A stretch of 63,102 nt of DNA, filler included, from Octopus bimaculoides (Eukaryota): NCBI RefSeq assembly GCF_001194135.2. It is 5 parts of 5 records of this genome, joined end to end, with 100 filler letters (N's around TTAATTAATTAA, not from the genome) between each part and the next. Parts side by side here need not be neighbours in the genome. Positions count along the whole stretch, not along the records: positions 31,003 to 54,315 come from NC_068985.1; 4 more parts are not named here. One strand, 5' to 3'. The notes below the pieces were generated by a model. That model did no database searches, was not told the DNA's origin, and was given only the letters and a program-made list of their open reading frames with translations. This document shows positions 38,846 through 51,839 of the stretch, piece after piece. The position numbers and the translations under genes were made by a program. Numbering within the stretch: position 1 is the first letter of the stretch; every line of letters begins with the position of its first letter.

Positions 38846-38889
38846 ACACAACGTTTCGGCCAATATACCCTCCAGCCTTCATCAGGTGT
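38846..38889 (-). ncRNA. Minimal type I hammerhead ribozyme-like motif in a Penelope-type terminal repeat
   Basis: ACAC-CUGAUGA-A-GGCUG(GAGGGUAUAU)UGGCC-GAAA-C-G-U-U-GUGU: canonical core, helix I ACAC/GUGU, palindromic helix III AACGUU and one extra A before helix II. Confidence 0.6.
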
Positions 38890-38973
38890 CTTGGGGAAAT
38901 TTCGAACCTGGGTTCTTATTCCTAAGGTATTTTTCGATGTTATTATTACTATTATTATTATTATTATTATTAT

Positions 38974-39006
<33 letters not shown>

Positions 39007-39730
39007 NNNNNNNNNNNNNNNNNNNNNNNNNNNNNNNNNNNNNNNNNNNNNNNNNNNNNNNNNNNNNNNNNNNNNNNNNNNNNNNNNNNNNNNNNNNNNN
39101 NNNNNNNNNNNNNNNNNNNNNNNNNNNNNNNNNNNNNNNNNNNNNNNNNNNNNNNNNNNNNNNNNNNNNNNNNNNNNNNNNNNNNNNNNNNNNNNNNNNN
39201 NNNNNNNNNNNNNNNNNNNNNNNNNNNNNNNNNNNNNNNNNNNNNNNNNNNNNNNNNNNNNNNNNNNNNNNNNNNNNNNNNNNNNNNNNNNNNNNNNNNN
39301 NNNNNNNNNNNNNNNNNNNNNNNNNNNNNNNNNNNNNNNNNNNNNNNNNNNNNNNNNNNNNNNNNNNNNNNNNNNNNNNNNNNNNNNNNNNNNNNNNNNN
39401 NNNNNNNNNNNNNNNNNNNNNNNNNNNNNNNNNNNNNNNNNNNNNNNNNNNNNNNNNNNNNNNNNNNNNNNNNNNNNNNNNNNNNNNNNNNNNNNNNNNN
39501 NNNNNNNNNNNNNNNNNNNNNNNNNNNNNNNNNNNNNNNNNNNNNNNNNNNNNNNNNNNNNNNNNNNNNNNNNNNNNNNNNNNNNNNNNNNNNNNNNNNN
39601 NNNNNNNNNNNNNNNNNNNNNNNNNNNNNNNNNNNNNNNNNNNNNNNNNNNNNNNNNNNNNNNNNNNNNNNNNNNNNNNNNNNNNNNNNNNNNNNNNNNN
39701 NNNNNNNNNNNNNNNNNNNNNNNNNNNNNN

Positions 39731-40119
39731 AAAAACCTGGACTTGCCCCATGATAAAAACTGGTGGGAACACAAACCACCCCCAGTACTTGAAAATGATC
39801 ACATTGCACTCCTCTGGAACTTCACCATTCAAACTGACAGAAAGATAGACGCAAATAGGCCAGACATCATACTGAAAGACTTCAGACAAAAATCATGCCT
39901 CCTCATTGATATGACTGTCCCAATTGATATAAACGTATCTGTCAAGACCTACCAAAAACTGAGCAAATATAAAGATCTTGAAATAGAAATTAGCAAAATG
40001 TGGAATCTGAAGACGAAAACAATACCTATTGTCATAGGTGCCCTGGGAATGACAGCGAAACGGGCTGATTACTACCTAGTTCATAAACCAGGAAACCCCA
40101 AAATGGCTGAAGTTCAAAA
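39731..40119 (+). mobile_element. R4/Dong-like non-LTR retrotransposon, restriction-like endonuclease domain
   Basis: WWEHKPPPVLENDHIALLWNFTIQTDRKIDANRPDIILKDFRQKSCLLIDMTVPIDINVSVKTYQKLSKYKDLEIEISKMWNLKTKTIPIVIGALG (PD..D..K..KY motif). Confidence 0.93.
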
Positions 40120-40275
40120 AGCCCGCCGTGTGTGTGTGTGTGGGCGTCTTTGTGTCTGTGTTTGTCCCCTATCACCGTTTGACATAACTTCGCGGTTCGG
40201 CAAAGACAGACTATTACAAGGCTTAAAAAATGTCCTGGGTTTGTTTTGTTAAAACCGTTCAAGGCGGTCATTTTC
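40119..40275 (+). mobile_element. SINE family A 3' half fused to the LINE fragment
   Basis: AAGCCCGCCG(TG)n...TTTGTGTCTGTGTTTGTCCCC...CGGTTCGGCAAAGA...CAAGGCGGT. Confidence 0.8.
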
Positions 40276-40349
40276 TTTTGATTTGGCTTATACTTTATTT
40301 ATTGACCTTGGCCGGTTGAACAATAAACTCGTCTTCGGTGGGATTTGAA

Positions 40350-40900
40350 AATATAGGAGAGGCAATTAAATGAGTCACAACCCTGTGGAATAACTGAGTT
40401 GAAAGTGTTAGGATCATGGAGAGAGCTCCATCAGCACAGGGTCCAAAGATTCAATCTAATCATCAAATTAGAGAGACCACAATCCTAGAGATGGGAGATG
40501 AAGTAAGTCCATATGCGTGCAGCTTTAGTTGGAGATTTGAGACCAGAGGCAGTCAAGAATTTTGCTGATATCAAGCGCATTGCTTTCACCAAATTTCTCG
40601 AAGGTGATAGTCCACGGATGAATGATACAAAAGAGTAGATCTCCAGCAGATCTCGTTAAGGCCCAACTTTGATCATTGGGAAGAGACAGAGATGTTCGAG
40701 AATGTTATTGATTGTCTACCATCTTTGAGAAACTGGAAGTAAGCGCGATATTTGATAGGGCCAGGTGGATCAATTTCAGAGACACGCCGTGGCGTGTTTC
40801 CAAAGTACGATATTTACCCCAAGAAATAGAAAGAGGCTGAAGAGTTTGGTGACGATAATAAGTCCAGTAATGGAAGAGACATTGTCGAAGCCGTTGGCTT
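40350..40900 (-). mobile_element. CR1/L2-type LINE reverse transcriptase relic
   Basis: Minus strand gives LTSSFSKMV...RSAGDLLFCIIHPWTITFEKFGESNALDISKILDCLW...NSVIPQG, corresponding to the ALDISKAFD and PQG RT motifs. Confidence 0.75.
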
Positions 40901-41176
40901 TTTATCAATTTAAGTAACCGGAAGTGCTCTCATAGCGAGAGTGGGGAAAGGACAGTTTCGGATGGAGATTTGCCTTGTGAGTACATTTCAACGTTAGACT
41001 CGATTGGCCATACAGATGTTTAAAAAAAGACGATTTGTTCAATATACTCTGTAATTTTCTCCCAAATTTCATGATATAAAGATGCATTGATTCATTGTTA
41101 GTAGCTTCTAATTTGATATCTTCACTATAGCAAATTGAAAACTTTCTTGACTTTTGATATTCTTTGTAAACAATAA

Positions 41177-41213
<37 letters not shown>

Positions 41214-41446
41214 TATATCGATCTAACACTAAACATAAAGACGTACAATATTGTGCAAACGTGCGCGCGCACATTAATTTAATTAACGTATATATTAAAG
41301 CATATATTAAATACACAATATCTGCTTTTGCGTGCGCTTGTATGTGCATGTGTGTAGATACATGGATAACAGTGCATATACCTTTTTTCTGTATACTTAC
41401 ATGTATGCAATTATGTGTATAAAAAGAAACGCATACAGATGTGCAC

Positions 41447-41499
<53 letters not shown>

Positions 41500-41502
41500 G
41501 GC

Positions 41503-41585
<83 letters not shown>

Positions 41586-42629
41586 CCATTGCATTCCTTA
41601 ATGTATACTAATATATGCGTGTATGATTCATTGTGTATATGTATATATGCATGTATATATGTGTGTGTGTATATATGTATATGTATATATGTATATGTGT
41701 GTGTGCATTTGTGTGTGTGTGTATGTATGTATATATGCACACTGAAGTGTGTGTGTGTGCGCATGTGTGGATGAGTAGCAATATCATATATCAAATTGTA
41801 TGCACGCATACATTCATTATAAATATATTCCAACGAAAGAGCAACAAAAATACATTAATATAGAAAATGTAATTCTAATAGAGGCAAATGCCTGGCAAAA
41901 TATCCAACAAGGTCATCAAGAATGATCATTATGAATTGCAGATCACAAACGATAGAATAATAACCCGATTACAATGGACACTCAATAGTTATTGGCAATA
42001 TTTACATACAACTAGGGTCATTATTTTAGCTACACCGTCTATTAACCAGGACACTAAGTATATATAATTGATTTTTCTCTTTCTTTCTTCATCTTCACGC
42101 TATCTCTTCTCTCTCTCTCTATATATATATATATATCTTTCACTCCCTCTCTCATTCTCTCTTCCTCGCTCCCCACCTATTCGGCTCTATGCTAACATAA
42201 GGTGAGTATGTTTCGTGTACTATGTAGATTCGTAGGTTCGTGAGGTAATATTCTGAATCTGTATGTTTTATTTTCCTCTTGGCTGGCCGAAATCTAACGG
42301 GCGTACATATATAAATAGGTAGTAAATATGTGACTTTCACTCAATGGCGTCTAATAATTGAACCGCTGTGTGTTTGTACGTGTGTGTATGTGTATGTGTA
42401 TATGTGAGGTCTTGTGTGTGTGTGTGTGTTTGTATTTACGGGTGTATGTGATTACGTCTTCACGGGCATTTTACTTTATTCATAAGCAGAGCGTTTTATA
42501 AATATTAATAAATGAATTATTTCAGGTTAGATTCCAGCTATCTTTGTATGTACACACGAACACGCAAACAAAGACGCACGCACGCACACACACACACACA
42601 CACAGACATATGCACACATACACACAAAT

Positions 42630-42660
<31 letters not shown>

Positions 42661-42989
42661 TACAAATACACATAAATATATTTATATACATACGTATGTA
42701 TGTGTGTGTATGAATATATGTATGCATGTATGTATATATGTATGTATTTATGCATGTATGCGTGTATGGATGTATGTAAGCATGTATGCATGTGGGTGGA
42801 AATGAATGTATAAATAGATAAGCAGATGGAAAAGTACGAGGAGAGTCACATTCTGTACTATGCATCGAAAAACTTAAAAGGTGAAGTTGAGAAAAAATTA
42901 CAGTTGTAGCAGACAGATAAACAATTTGTGTGTGTGTGTATGCGAGTGTGTAGTGTGCGTGTTTGTGTGTGTACGTGTACGTATGTATG

Positions 42990-43860
42990 TATGTCGTTAG
43001 TTTATTTCAAGATTTCTTGCCAATAAAAAGCCGGTTTCTAACCCAGATCCGAGGCTCCTACACTGGAATTTCAACATCAACAGGGTATGTACGAATGTAT
43101 ATGCGCAGTATTTGGAGTCAGTGCACATGCAGATTTGCATGCTTTGTTTTATGTATGTATTCTCATGCATATAATATTGCATGTCTAGATATGGGCAAAT
43201 ATACTTAAACGATAAACCTCTGGAAAGTTTTACAAATTTTTACAGTTTCATTGATTGCTTGGATCTGTAGTCTTCGAATTAGCTTTCTCCTTTCTGGTTT
43301 TGAGAAGCCTAATTTCTCAAGACTGGTATTTAGGCAGTCTGTTACATAACCCAGCGCCTCAATAATTACAGACATAAACCTTAACTTGTAATCTGAGTAG
43401 AGCATCTGTAGATTTCTCAATAGTTCAGTGTATTTTCTTCTTTGTTGATCTTCAGCTTTGTGTTAACATCCGTTGGGCAGCTGATTTCGACAGCTATACA
43501 CAGTTTGTTTCCTCTGTCCCAAATCACTATACCAGGTCTGCTATGTTTACATTTTACTGAGGTTTTGACCGGGACCTTCCACCACTACTCCTTACTATGA
43601 GTGGCTATGGCTCCTACCATACTAAGGGTTTTTATTTCTTTGGCCTCAGGGTTATCCATCCGACGGATCTCATTATACAGTGTCTCAGATACAACATCAT
43701 GTCTCAGCGATAGATTTATTATAACAACTATATTGAGAATGGGAAATAGTTTCACCGTGCAATTCCAACTGGGGAAATTGGTGCTGAAGAAAGAGTCTCT
43801 ATATACATGTATATTTTCTAACAACGAGCTGATCAATTTAAGTCTGTTTACTTATATCTA
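42990..43860 (-). mobile_element. Second RLE-type (R4-like) LINE family, 3' end with UTR
   Basis: LRHDVVSETLYNEIRR...WW.VPVKTSVKCKHSRPGIVIWDRGNKLCIAVEISCPTDVN...LRNLQMLYSDYKLRFMSVIIEALG...VKICKTF. The 3' UTR ends in a (CATA)n tract. Confidence 0.88.
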
Positions 43861-44069
43861 TCTATCTATCTATCTACAAGAATAAGGGCAGGGAATCGTC
43901 AATTAATAATAGAATTAATAATTAACAATTTTGCCAAGTAGTTCAGTATGAAAAAACCTTTATCGGTAAAACCATTTATCATCATAAATATACAAGGATT
44001 AGCATTGAGTTGCTTCTCCAACATACTGAAAATTTAGAAATAGCAGTCAAAGAACTACTGATTCTAAAC

Positions 44070-44409
44070 TACAAATTTTTCTCTAAATGGATGGCGATAT
44101 TTATGGCACACATAGAACAAAAAACCGGAGGGGAAAGCATAAACAAAACAAGTCTTTAGTTAATCGGATACGATCGTTTCATGGTTAAGAGAATGAAAAT
44201 TTCCCTATTCCAAATCATCAGTCCGATATTCTGANNNNNNNNNNTACAAATTTTTCTCTAAATGGATGGCGATATTTATGGCACACATAGAACAAAAAAC
44301 CGGAGGGGAAAGCATAAACAAAACAAGTCTTTAGTTAATCGGATACGATCGTTTCATGGTTAAGAGAATGAAAATTTCCCTATTCCAAATCATCAGTCCG
44401 ATATTCTGA
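44070..44409. repeat. Exact 165-bp duplication across a 10-N gap
   Basis: 44070-44234 equals 44245-44409, the signature of an unmerged contig overlap. Confidence 0.92.
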
Positions 44410-44543
44410 TAAATTTGAAAGTGTCTCTAAAAAAATTTACGGTAATCTTTGGCCATGCGACACCAAAAATCAACGATAAGAAAGGCACTTACGAATTCAT
44501 CGGCTAGTGAGTTCAGGCATCCCATCTCAAAGAAATCTATTCC

Positions 44544-44595
<52 letters not shown>

Positions 44596-44669
44596 GTATG
44601 TATGTCTGTCTGTCTGACTGTCTGTCTGTCTGTCTATCTATCAGTCTGTCTGTCTATCTGTCAGTCTAT

Positions 44670-44711
<42 letters not shown>

Positions 44712-45072
44712 ATATATATACACTTATATAGGTATTTCTCAGTCTGTCTTTCTATATGATGTTCAATCGTTCTATCGATATGTCTATTTATTGATTGACC
44801 TATATGATATTCAGAATAGTTAAATTGATACAAATTTCCATATTTAACAAAGTGTTACATATGTGTGTGCCTATATATATATATATATATAGATAGATAG
44901 ATAGATAGATATATAGATATATACTTATTATATCCACATATCCAATAATACTTATGAATATCTGTAGTTTATGAATTTCTATGACGTATCTCCACCTTTC
45001 ATTACGTCCTTCCGCTTCTGTCTCTTTCTTTCCCTCTTTCTCTCTTTCCTTCTTCTCTTTTACTGTTCTCTA

Positions 45073-45142
<70 letters not shown>

Positions 45143-45824
45143 CTCCCCCGTCGTTCAATGTTTTTTAACCCGTTTATCTATATTATCTATATCTGACAAT
45201 CCATCGATATATCAATCTGTTCAGTTCATCAATTTTCTCGTGGGTGGGTGAGCCTTTGTATATACATATACATACATACATACATACATACATACATACA
45301 TACATACATGTGTGTGTGTGCAAATATATACAAACGTATACATATATGCATACATACATATACATATTACATACATTCACACATACACACATGCATATCC
45401 ATATATATGGATAGATTTACTCTCCACTCACATACACACACACACAAACAAACACGCACACTCATACACACACGCACTCATACTTTCCTAGTGATATATA
45501 GATCTTGCTGCCTTCGGAAAATATTTTAATGACAGCAAATGATGTACCTATCTTTATTCATAAGGAATATTTTCAAGTGTGTTTATGAGAATTCGATCTT
45601 TGGTTGCTTTACATCTCATGTTTGTACCGTATTTCGAGAGAGTTCTTGCTATATGTGTGTGTGTCTGCATTCGAATATCTGTATTTCGATAACAACTACA
45701 ATTTTACTTCCTAAAATTTCCTAGGAAGATAGATGTCTACGCAAATACACACAATTATCTTCTGGCTACGAACTATCGTTTGCATGTACATACACATCTA
45801 TACATAACATACATATACAGACAG

Positions 45825-45858
<34 letters not shown>

Positions 45859-46526
45859 ACANNNNNNNNNNNNNNNNNNNNNNNNNNNNNNNNNNNNNNN
45901 NNNNNNNNNNNNNNNNNNNNNNNNNNNNNNNNNNNNNNNNNNNNNNNNNNNNNNNNNNNNNNNNNNNNNNNNNNNNNNNNNNNNNNNNNNNNNNNNNNNN
46001 NNNNNNNNNNNNNNNNNNNNNNNNNNNNNNNNNNNNNNNNNNNNNNNNNNNNNNNNNNNNNNNNNNNNNNNNNNNNNNNNNNNNNNNNNNNNNNNNNNNN
46101 NNNNNNNNNNNNNNNNNNNNNNNNNNNNNNNNNNNNNNNNNNNNNNNNNNNNNNNNNNNNNNNNNNNNNNNNNNNNNNNNNNNNNNNNNNNNNNNNNNNN
46201 NNNNNNNNNNNNNNNNNTACACGCGCACACATAAACACATACACACACCCATACACATATATTTATATATGTATGTATATATACATGTATATATATATGT
46301 GAGTGTGTGTGTGTGTTTACATATATATGCACATACATACATACATACATACATACATACATACATACATACATACATACATACATTCATACATACATAC
46401 ATTCATGCATACATACATAATCAAACAGAGGAAGTGGAGAAGAGCCGAAATATAGAAGTGAAAGTAAAGAAATAGAATAAAGAAAAAGGAAACGACAGAA
46501 AGGATTTTAGCGTAGCTAGACGACAT

Positions 46527-46616
<90 letters not shown>

Positions 46617-47809
46617 GGTATGATATTGATACCATGATAATGTTTATGTACGCATGCGCAAAACACTATCTTACTCTTACTCATCCTTCTTCCACTTCTA
46701 TTTGCCATGTTTGAATGATGACGTTTGCACAGCTGTTATCCTAAGGAAACTTAGGTTCGCTTCGACCATATTAGAAGAAAGACGAAACTCACTAACTATA
46801 TCAATTGGATGGATACACACCAGTAAAACTTACCAAATAGAGAAATAAGAATATTAATGAATTCAATACCAGATACAATATAAAAATACATAAATCGATA
46901 AATAAACCGTTTCCCTCTTAAATTCTAGATTGCAAGATGAAGAAATCAATGTGTTTTCAAATACTAATACTTTAATGAAAACTATGAAAGAACTACCTTT
47001 TTCTCATTTATTTCGATAGTGTTCGAGTCCACAAGGTTTTCAATTAGCATATATGATCGCCTAATGTCATTCATGAGAATCTAGGATCGGTTGTCTTGAT
47101 TGTTTGCTAAGTCGGAAACCGAAATTGAATATCGGCAAACTGTTCGAGGTAAGAGAAGGTCGATGTAACAAGGGCTAGTATTAGACAAATAGCATAGCTT
47201 ATGAACGCTACTGAAAAAAAAAAAAACCTTTGTCATCGGCTTTAGGATTAATCTAAAATGTTGCTGTTTGATGAATGATGGTGTTGTGAGGTTTTGAGAG
47301 ATATAAGTATGGTTTTATTTCTTTTATTTATATACTTATTTGATTACTTTAGCTTTTGTTGCTCTTTTCTATTTTGTCTACTTTTGTATTTTCAACGTTA
47401 ATCCTGGTCAAATACAAAAGCTATGCGATTCATTTAGATTTGCTCAGCCACGTCCCAATTAACAGTTTTCCGCCAACAACCGACAAAGGGCACCTTCCGA
47501 TAAGTACTTCGTGGGAGATATCAGATACTCCTTTGTAAATTAAGGTATTTATCTATCTCACAGAATGCGTTTGTATTGCTGTATTTGCCAATGGTCCATT
47601 CAATTTAAGTTTGTAATCCGTTTGTATATATACATACGCTCAAACATACAAACACACGTAGTCACACAGACATGGAATATTTGTAAATATAGATGCATGC
47701 ACACATACATTTATATATGTTTGTGTATGCATGCATATGCAAATACACATACACACACACACATATATGTATGTACATGTATGTATATATTATATATGTG
47801 TGTGTGTGT

Positions 47810-47810
47810 G

Positions 47811-47903
<93 letters not shown>
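47810..47903. repeat. Long (TA)n microsatellite
   Basis: Direct inspection. Confidence 0.97.
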
Positions 47904-47908
<5 letters not shown>

Positions 47909-48834
47909 CATATACACACCTATGTGACAACGCCTGTGTGCACCTATAAATGTTATTCTGCACAAATAGTATGTATTTATAACTGTAGAAATTTGGTAAT
48001 ATCTCCGTTCACGTCATGCAGTTTGATACATAGATGTGTGTGTGTTTGTGTGTGTTTGTGTGTGTTTGTGTGTGTGTGTGCGAAAAATGAATAGCAACGG
48101 CTTTTCAGATAATTTCTCCACTTTAGTAAATAGATGTTTATAAATTACTAGGTGGTTCTTATCGTTTATACCTATCTAATTAATAAAGAGGAAAAATTAT
48201 CAGGAAAGCCATTTCTGTTCGTTTTTTCAAATATATAATACTGTGCCAAAGACTTTCTATTTGTAATTCTNNNNNNNNNNNNNNNNNNNNNNNNNNNNNN
48301 NNNNNNNNNNNNNNNNNNNNNNNNNNNNNNNNNNNNNNNNNNNNNNNNNNNNNTGTGTGTGTGTGTGTGTATATATATATATGTATACATATTAATAATT
48401 TAGAGAAGAACCACCAAAATGCAATTCAAACAATGAAGGAGATCAGACACCATCAAGAAAAAGGTACTCTACAAAATACTAATTTAAAAATCTATAAAAT
48501 CGTTTTAGTCTTTGTACTATGAGAAGCAGGAGATCTACTTTCGTTGATGGACTGAAGTGAAGAGACTCAGAAGAAGCAGGAAGCCTTCTTCTTTCAAAAT
48601 CGCCCCGTATTTCCCCCTCTAGCTACCGGGTTGTTAGATACCGCTTTCTCGTAAAGATGCTTTTCAAATAAACCATTTCAGATTTTTATTCAATTGCATT
48701 GTACCAAAGAGGCAAGGAGCAAAGGAGCTTGTAAAAGGTAGATAATAGACATTAGCAATCAAAATGCGACAAGATATAAGAATGAGCAACAAAAAAGCGT
48801 AAGCAAGCATCAGATGCATATTGGTTACTACAAT

Positions 48835-48977
48835 GAATAATAATAATAATAATAATAATAATGATGATGATGATGATGATGATGCTGATGCTGATGATGG
48901 TGGTGGTGGTGATGGTGATGATGATGATGGAGGAGGAGGAGGAGGAGAAGAAGAAGAAGAAGAAGAAGAAGAAGAAG

Positions 48978-49006
<29 letters not shown>
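48835..49006. repeat. Compound trinucleotide tract (AAT)(GAT)(GGT)(GAT)(GGA)(GAA)
   Basis: Direct inspection; it explains the poly-N/D/G/E and poly-H/L ORFs. Confidence 0.95.
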
Positions 49007-49008
<2 letters not shown>

Positions 49009-49174
49009 GTTTTAATATAAGCACACGGTCTGAAATTCGGGATGTATTGCCGATTCTCTTGAACCCCGTAGTTCATAGAATTTTAATTAATCAACCCGTG
49101 AAGGAAGAACAAAATTAATTTCGGCGAAATTTGAACTCAAAGAAGAAGAACTAGATAATCTTTTCTGCAATAAA

Positions 49175-49352
49175 CACAAGGCCTGGAATTTGTTGGGAGG
49201 GGAATAGTCGATTACATTGACCCTAATACTCGACTGGTACTTAATTTATCGACCCGAAAGGGTGAAAAGCAAAATCGACCGCGGTGGAATTTGAACTCAG
49301 GACCTAGCAAGCAAACGAAATACCGCTAAGTATTTCTGCCAGCTCACCGCCT
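49175..49352 (-). mobile_element. SINE family B copy
   Basis: CTGGTACTTAATTTATCGACCCGAAAGG...GGAATTTGAACTCAG...TCTGCCAGCTCACCGCCTT. Confidence 0.82.
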
Positions 49353-50429
49353 TACAAGAACTAAATAATGTAAAGCATTTTGCTGGACGCTCTATGACTT
49401 CAGCCAGTCTACCACCTTTATGATGATGGTGATGATGATGACGATAACAATAACAATAACAAAACGAACAACAATAACAGTAATAATTAAGCAAACAAAA
49501 ATGCATTAAAAAAACAATAATAATAATAAAAACTGTAATAAAAATAGCAATAGTAATAAATCGTAGTAATAAATTGTAATTAAATACAACATGAAGGATA
49601 GTTAATAACAACAACAGCAACATTATGAATAAAATGGTTTGAAATAAATAACATGAAAAAAAATGTCGGTCTATACTTCACTTTAGAATTCAGTAGATTG
49701 TGTTTTTATTGAGATACTAAAATTATTTATAATTTCCTATTATATTTTAATGCCTTAAATCTCTTCTGATTGTTCTCCTATCGTTCTACTGTCGAATACT
49801 GAAATAATTTTAAGGTGACACTCATTACCCGGCTGTTATGTGGATGGTGAGTGAAAATATATATACCCCTTATAGTCACCTACAGATTTGTTTTTTTACA
49901 TTCTCAATACACATCTTCAGCGAGGCAGTATATGAATGTTTTAAAGTAAGAGGTAGCTTTTCTGGTGAGTAAATATATTGATTCGGTTTCGATTTCATCC
50001 CGGTTTCGATTTCCATTTCGTTTACAAATTTACACAGCTAATTCTGTAACCTTACGTTTACATTGTCAATTAAAACTAGAAATAACAGTCAAATCTTTCT
50101 CAAATTAAATTCAACCGTCTTAAAAAAAAAATAACAAATTGAACTATCTGACTAGGAAAAAAATGCCATAAACAGCGGGCGAAATCCATTCGTAGTGAAA
50201 ACATTAATTGTAACTACACAAAACTGAGTGTACTGGAGCAACGTGAAATAATGTGTCTTGCTCAAGACCACAACACACTACTCGGTCGGGGAATTGAACT
50301 CACTACCTTGTGATTGTGAGGGCGGCACTCTAATAATAGCAGAGCTAAGCATTCACTATGATGAGACAGGAAGAATAAAACATCCCATGAATGCTTTTTT
50401 AAACTGTAAACTATTTTCTCCATATACTA

Positions 50430-50590
50430 TTTTCATCTGTCCTCACGTTCAGAGTTCAAATTCCGCCGAGATCGACTTTGCCTTTCATCCCTTCGGGGTC
50501 GATTAAATAAATACCAGTTACACACTGGGGTCGATGTAATCGACTTAATCCCCTCCCTAAAGCCGCCCTTGTGGCAAAAATTTGAAATCA
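50430..50590 (+). mobile_element. SINE family B copy, 5' truncated
   Basis: CACGTTCAGAGTTCAAATTCCGCCGAGATCGACTTTGCC...CCTTGTGGCAAAAATTTGAAATC. Confidence 0.85.
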
Positions 50591-50613
50591 TGATTATTAT
50601 TATTATTATTATT

Positions 50614-51212
50614 TTATGTTTGACTTTTGCTTTGCATTTGTACAAGTTAGATCCAAGTCTCACCCAGAGACCTCAAGAGACAACAAGTTAGAAGTTCATG
50701 TAGGTGTTATGCCTAGGGTACCATATATTTGGATTTGTACATAGTGTTGTTCTAGAGAATGTTTAAGAAACCATAAGAANNNNNNNNNNNNNNNNNNNNN
50801 NNNNNNNNNNNNNNNNNNNNNNNNNNNNNNNNNNNNNNNNNNNNNNNNNNNNNNNNNNNNNNNNNNNNNNNNNNNNNNNNNNNNNNNNNNNNNNNNNNNN
50901 NNNNNNNNNNNNNNNNNNNNNNNNNNNNNNNNNNNNNNNNNNNNTCCCATGAGCACTATCTTTTGAACTTCAGCCATTTTGGGGTTTCCTGTTATCTGAG
51001 CTAGGTAGTAATCAGCCCGTTTCGCTGTCATTCTCAGGGCACCTATGACAATAGAAATTCTTTTTGTCTTTAGGTTCCACATTTTGATAATTTCTATTTC
51101 AAGATTATTATATTTGCTCAGTTTTTGGTAGGTCTTGACAGATACGTTTATATCGATTGGGACAGTCATATCAATGAGGAGGCATGATTTTTGTCTGAAG
51201 TTTTTCAGTATG
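50614..51212 (-). mobile_element. R4/Dong-like LINE 3' end (same family as 39731) within (TAA)n
   Basis: MTVPIDINVSVKTYQKLSKYNNLEIEIIKMWNLKTKRISIVIGAL...VQKIVLMG plus 3' UTR. (ATT)n tracts lie on both sides (50593-50613 and 51213-51270). Confidence 0.93.
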
Positions 51213-51214
51213 AA

Positions 51215-51270
<56 letters not shown>

Positions 51271-51455
51271 GAGCGGTGAACTGGCAGGATCATTCGCACG
51301 CCAGGAAAATGCTTAGCGGCATTTCGTCCGTCTTCACGTTCTGATTTCAAATTCCGTCGAGATCGACTATGCCTTTCATCGTTTTGGGGTCGATAAAATA
51401 AGTACCAGTTGGACATCGGGGTCAAGGTAATCGACTCATCCCCACCTTCCCCATG
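51271..51455 (+). mobile_element. SINE family B copy
   Basis: GAGCGGTGAACTGGCAGG...GCTTAGCGGCATTTCGTCCG...GTCGATAAAATAAGTACCAG. Confidence 0.87.
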
Positions 51456-51639
51456 CTTCCCTTGCTGCAAAAATGTGAAATAATAATTATTATTGTAAAA
51501 CAGAAATACAATTGATCATCAAGCATCTAGAGAAGGGAAATTAGTAAAGTATAGCAATTTAGTTTATTAGTCACAAAGAAACAGAAAGCTGGCGTATGTT
51601 TGTACGTAACATGAGGTCAAAAATAACTACTCTTTTACT

Positions 51640-51839
51640 CTTTTACTTGTTTCAGTCATTTGACTGTGGCCATGCTGGAGCACCGCCTTCTAGTCGAGGA
51701 AGTTGACCCCAAGACTTATTCTTTGTAAGCCTAGTACTTATTCTATCGGGCTCTTTTGCCGAACCGCTAATTACGGAGACGTAAACACACCAGCGTCGGT
51801 TGTCAAGCGATGTTGGGGGGACAAACACACACACACACA
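51640..51839 (-). mobile_element. SINE family A 3' half
   Basis: TTTTACTTGTTTCAGTCATTTGACTGTGGCCATGCTGGAGCACCGCC...GTCGGTTGTCAAGCGATG. Confidence 0.92.

Noticed and set aside
48821-49118. Poly-N/D/G/E, poly-H and poly-K ORFs
   Set aside because: A compound trinucleotide microsatellite with no unique coding flanks or splice context.
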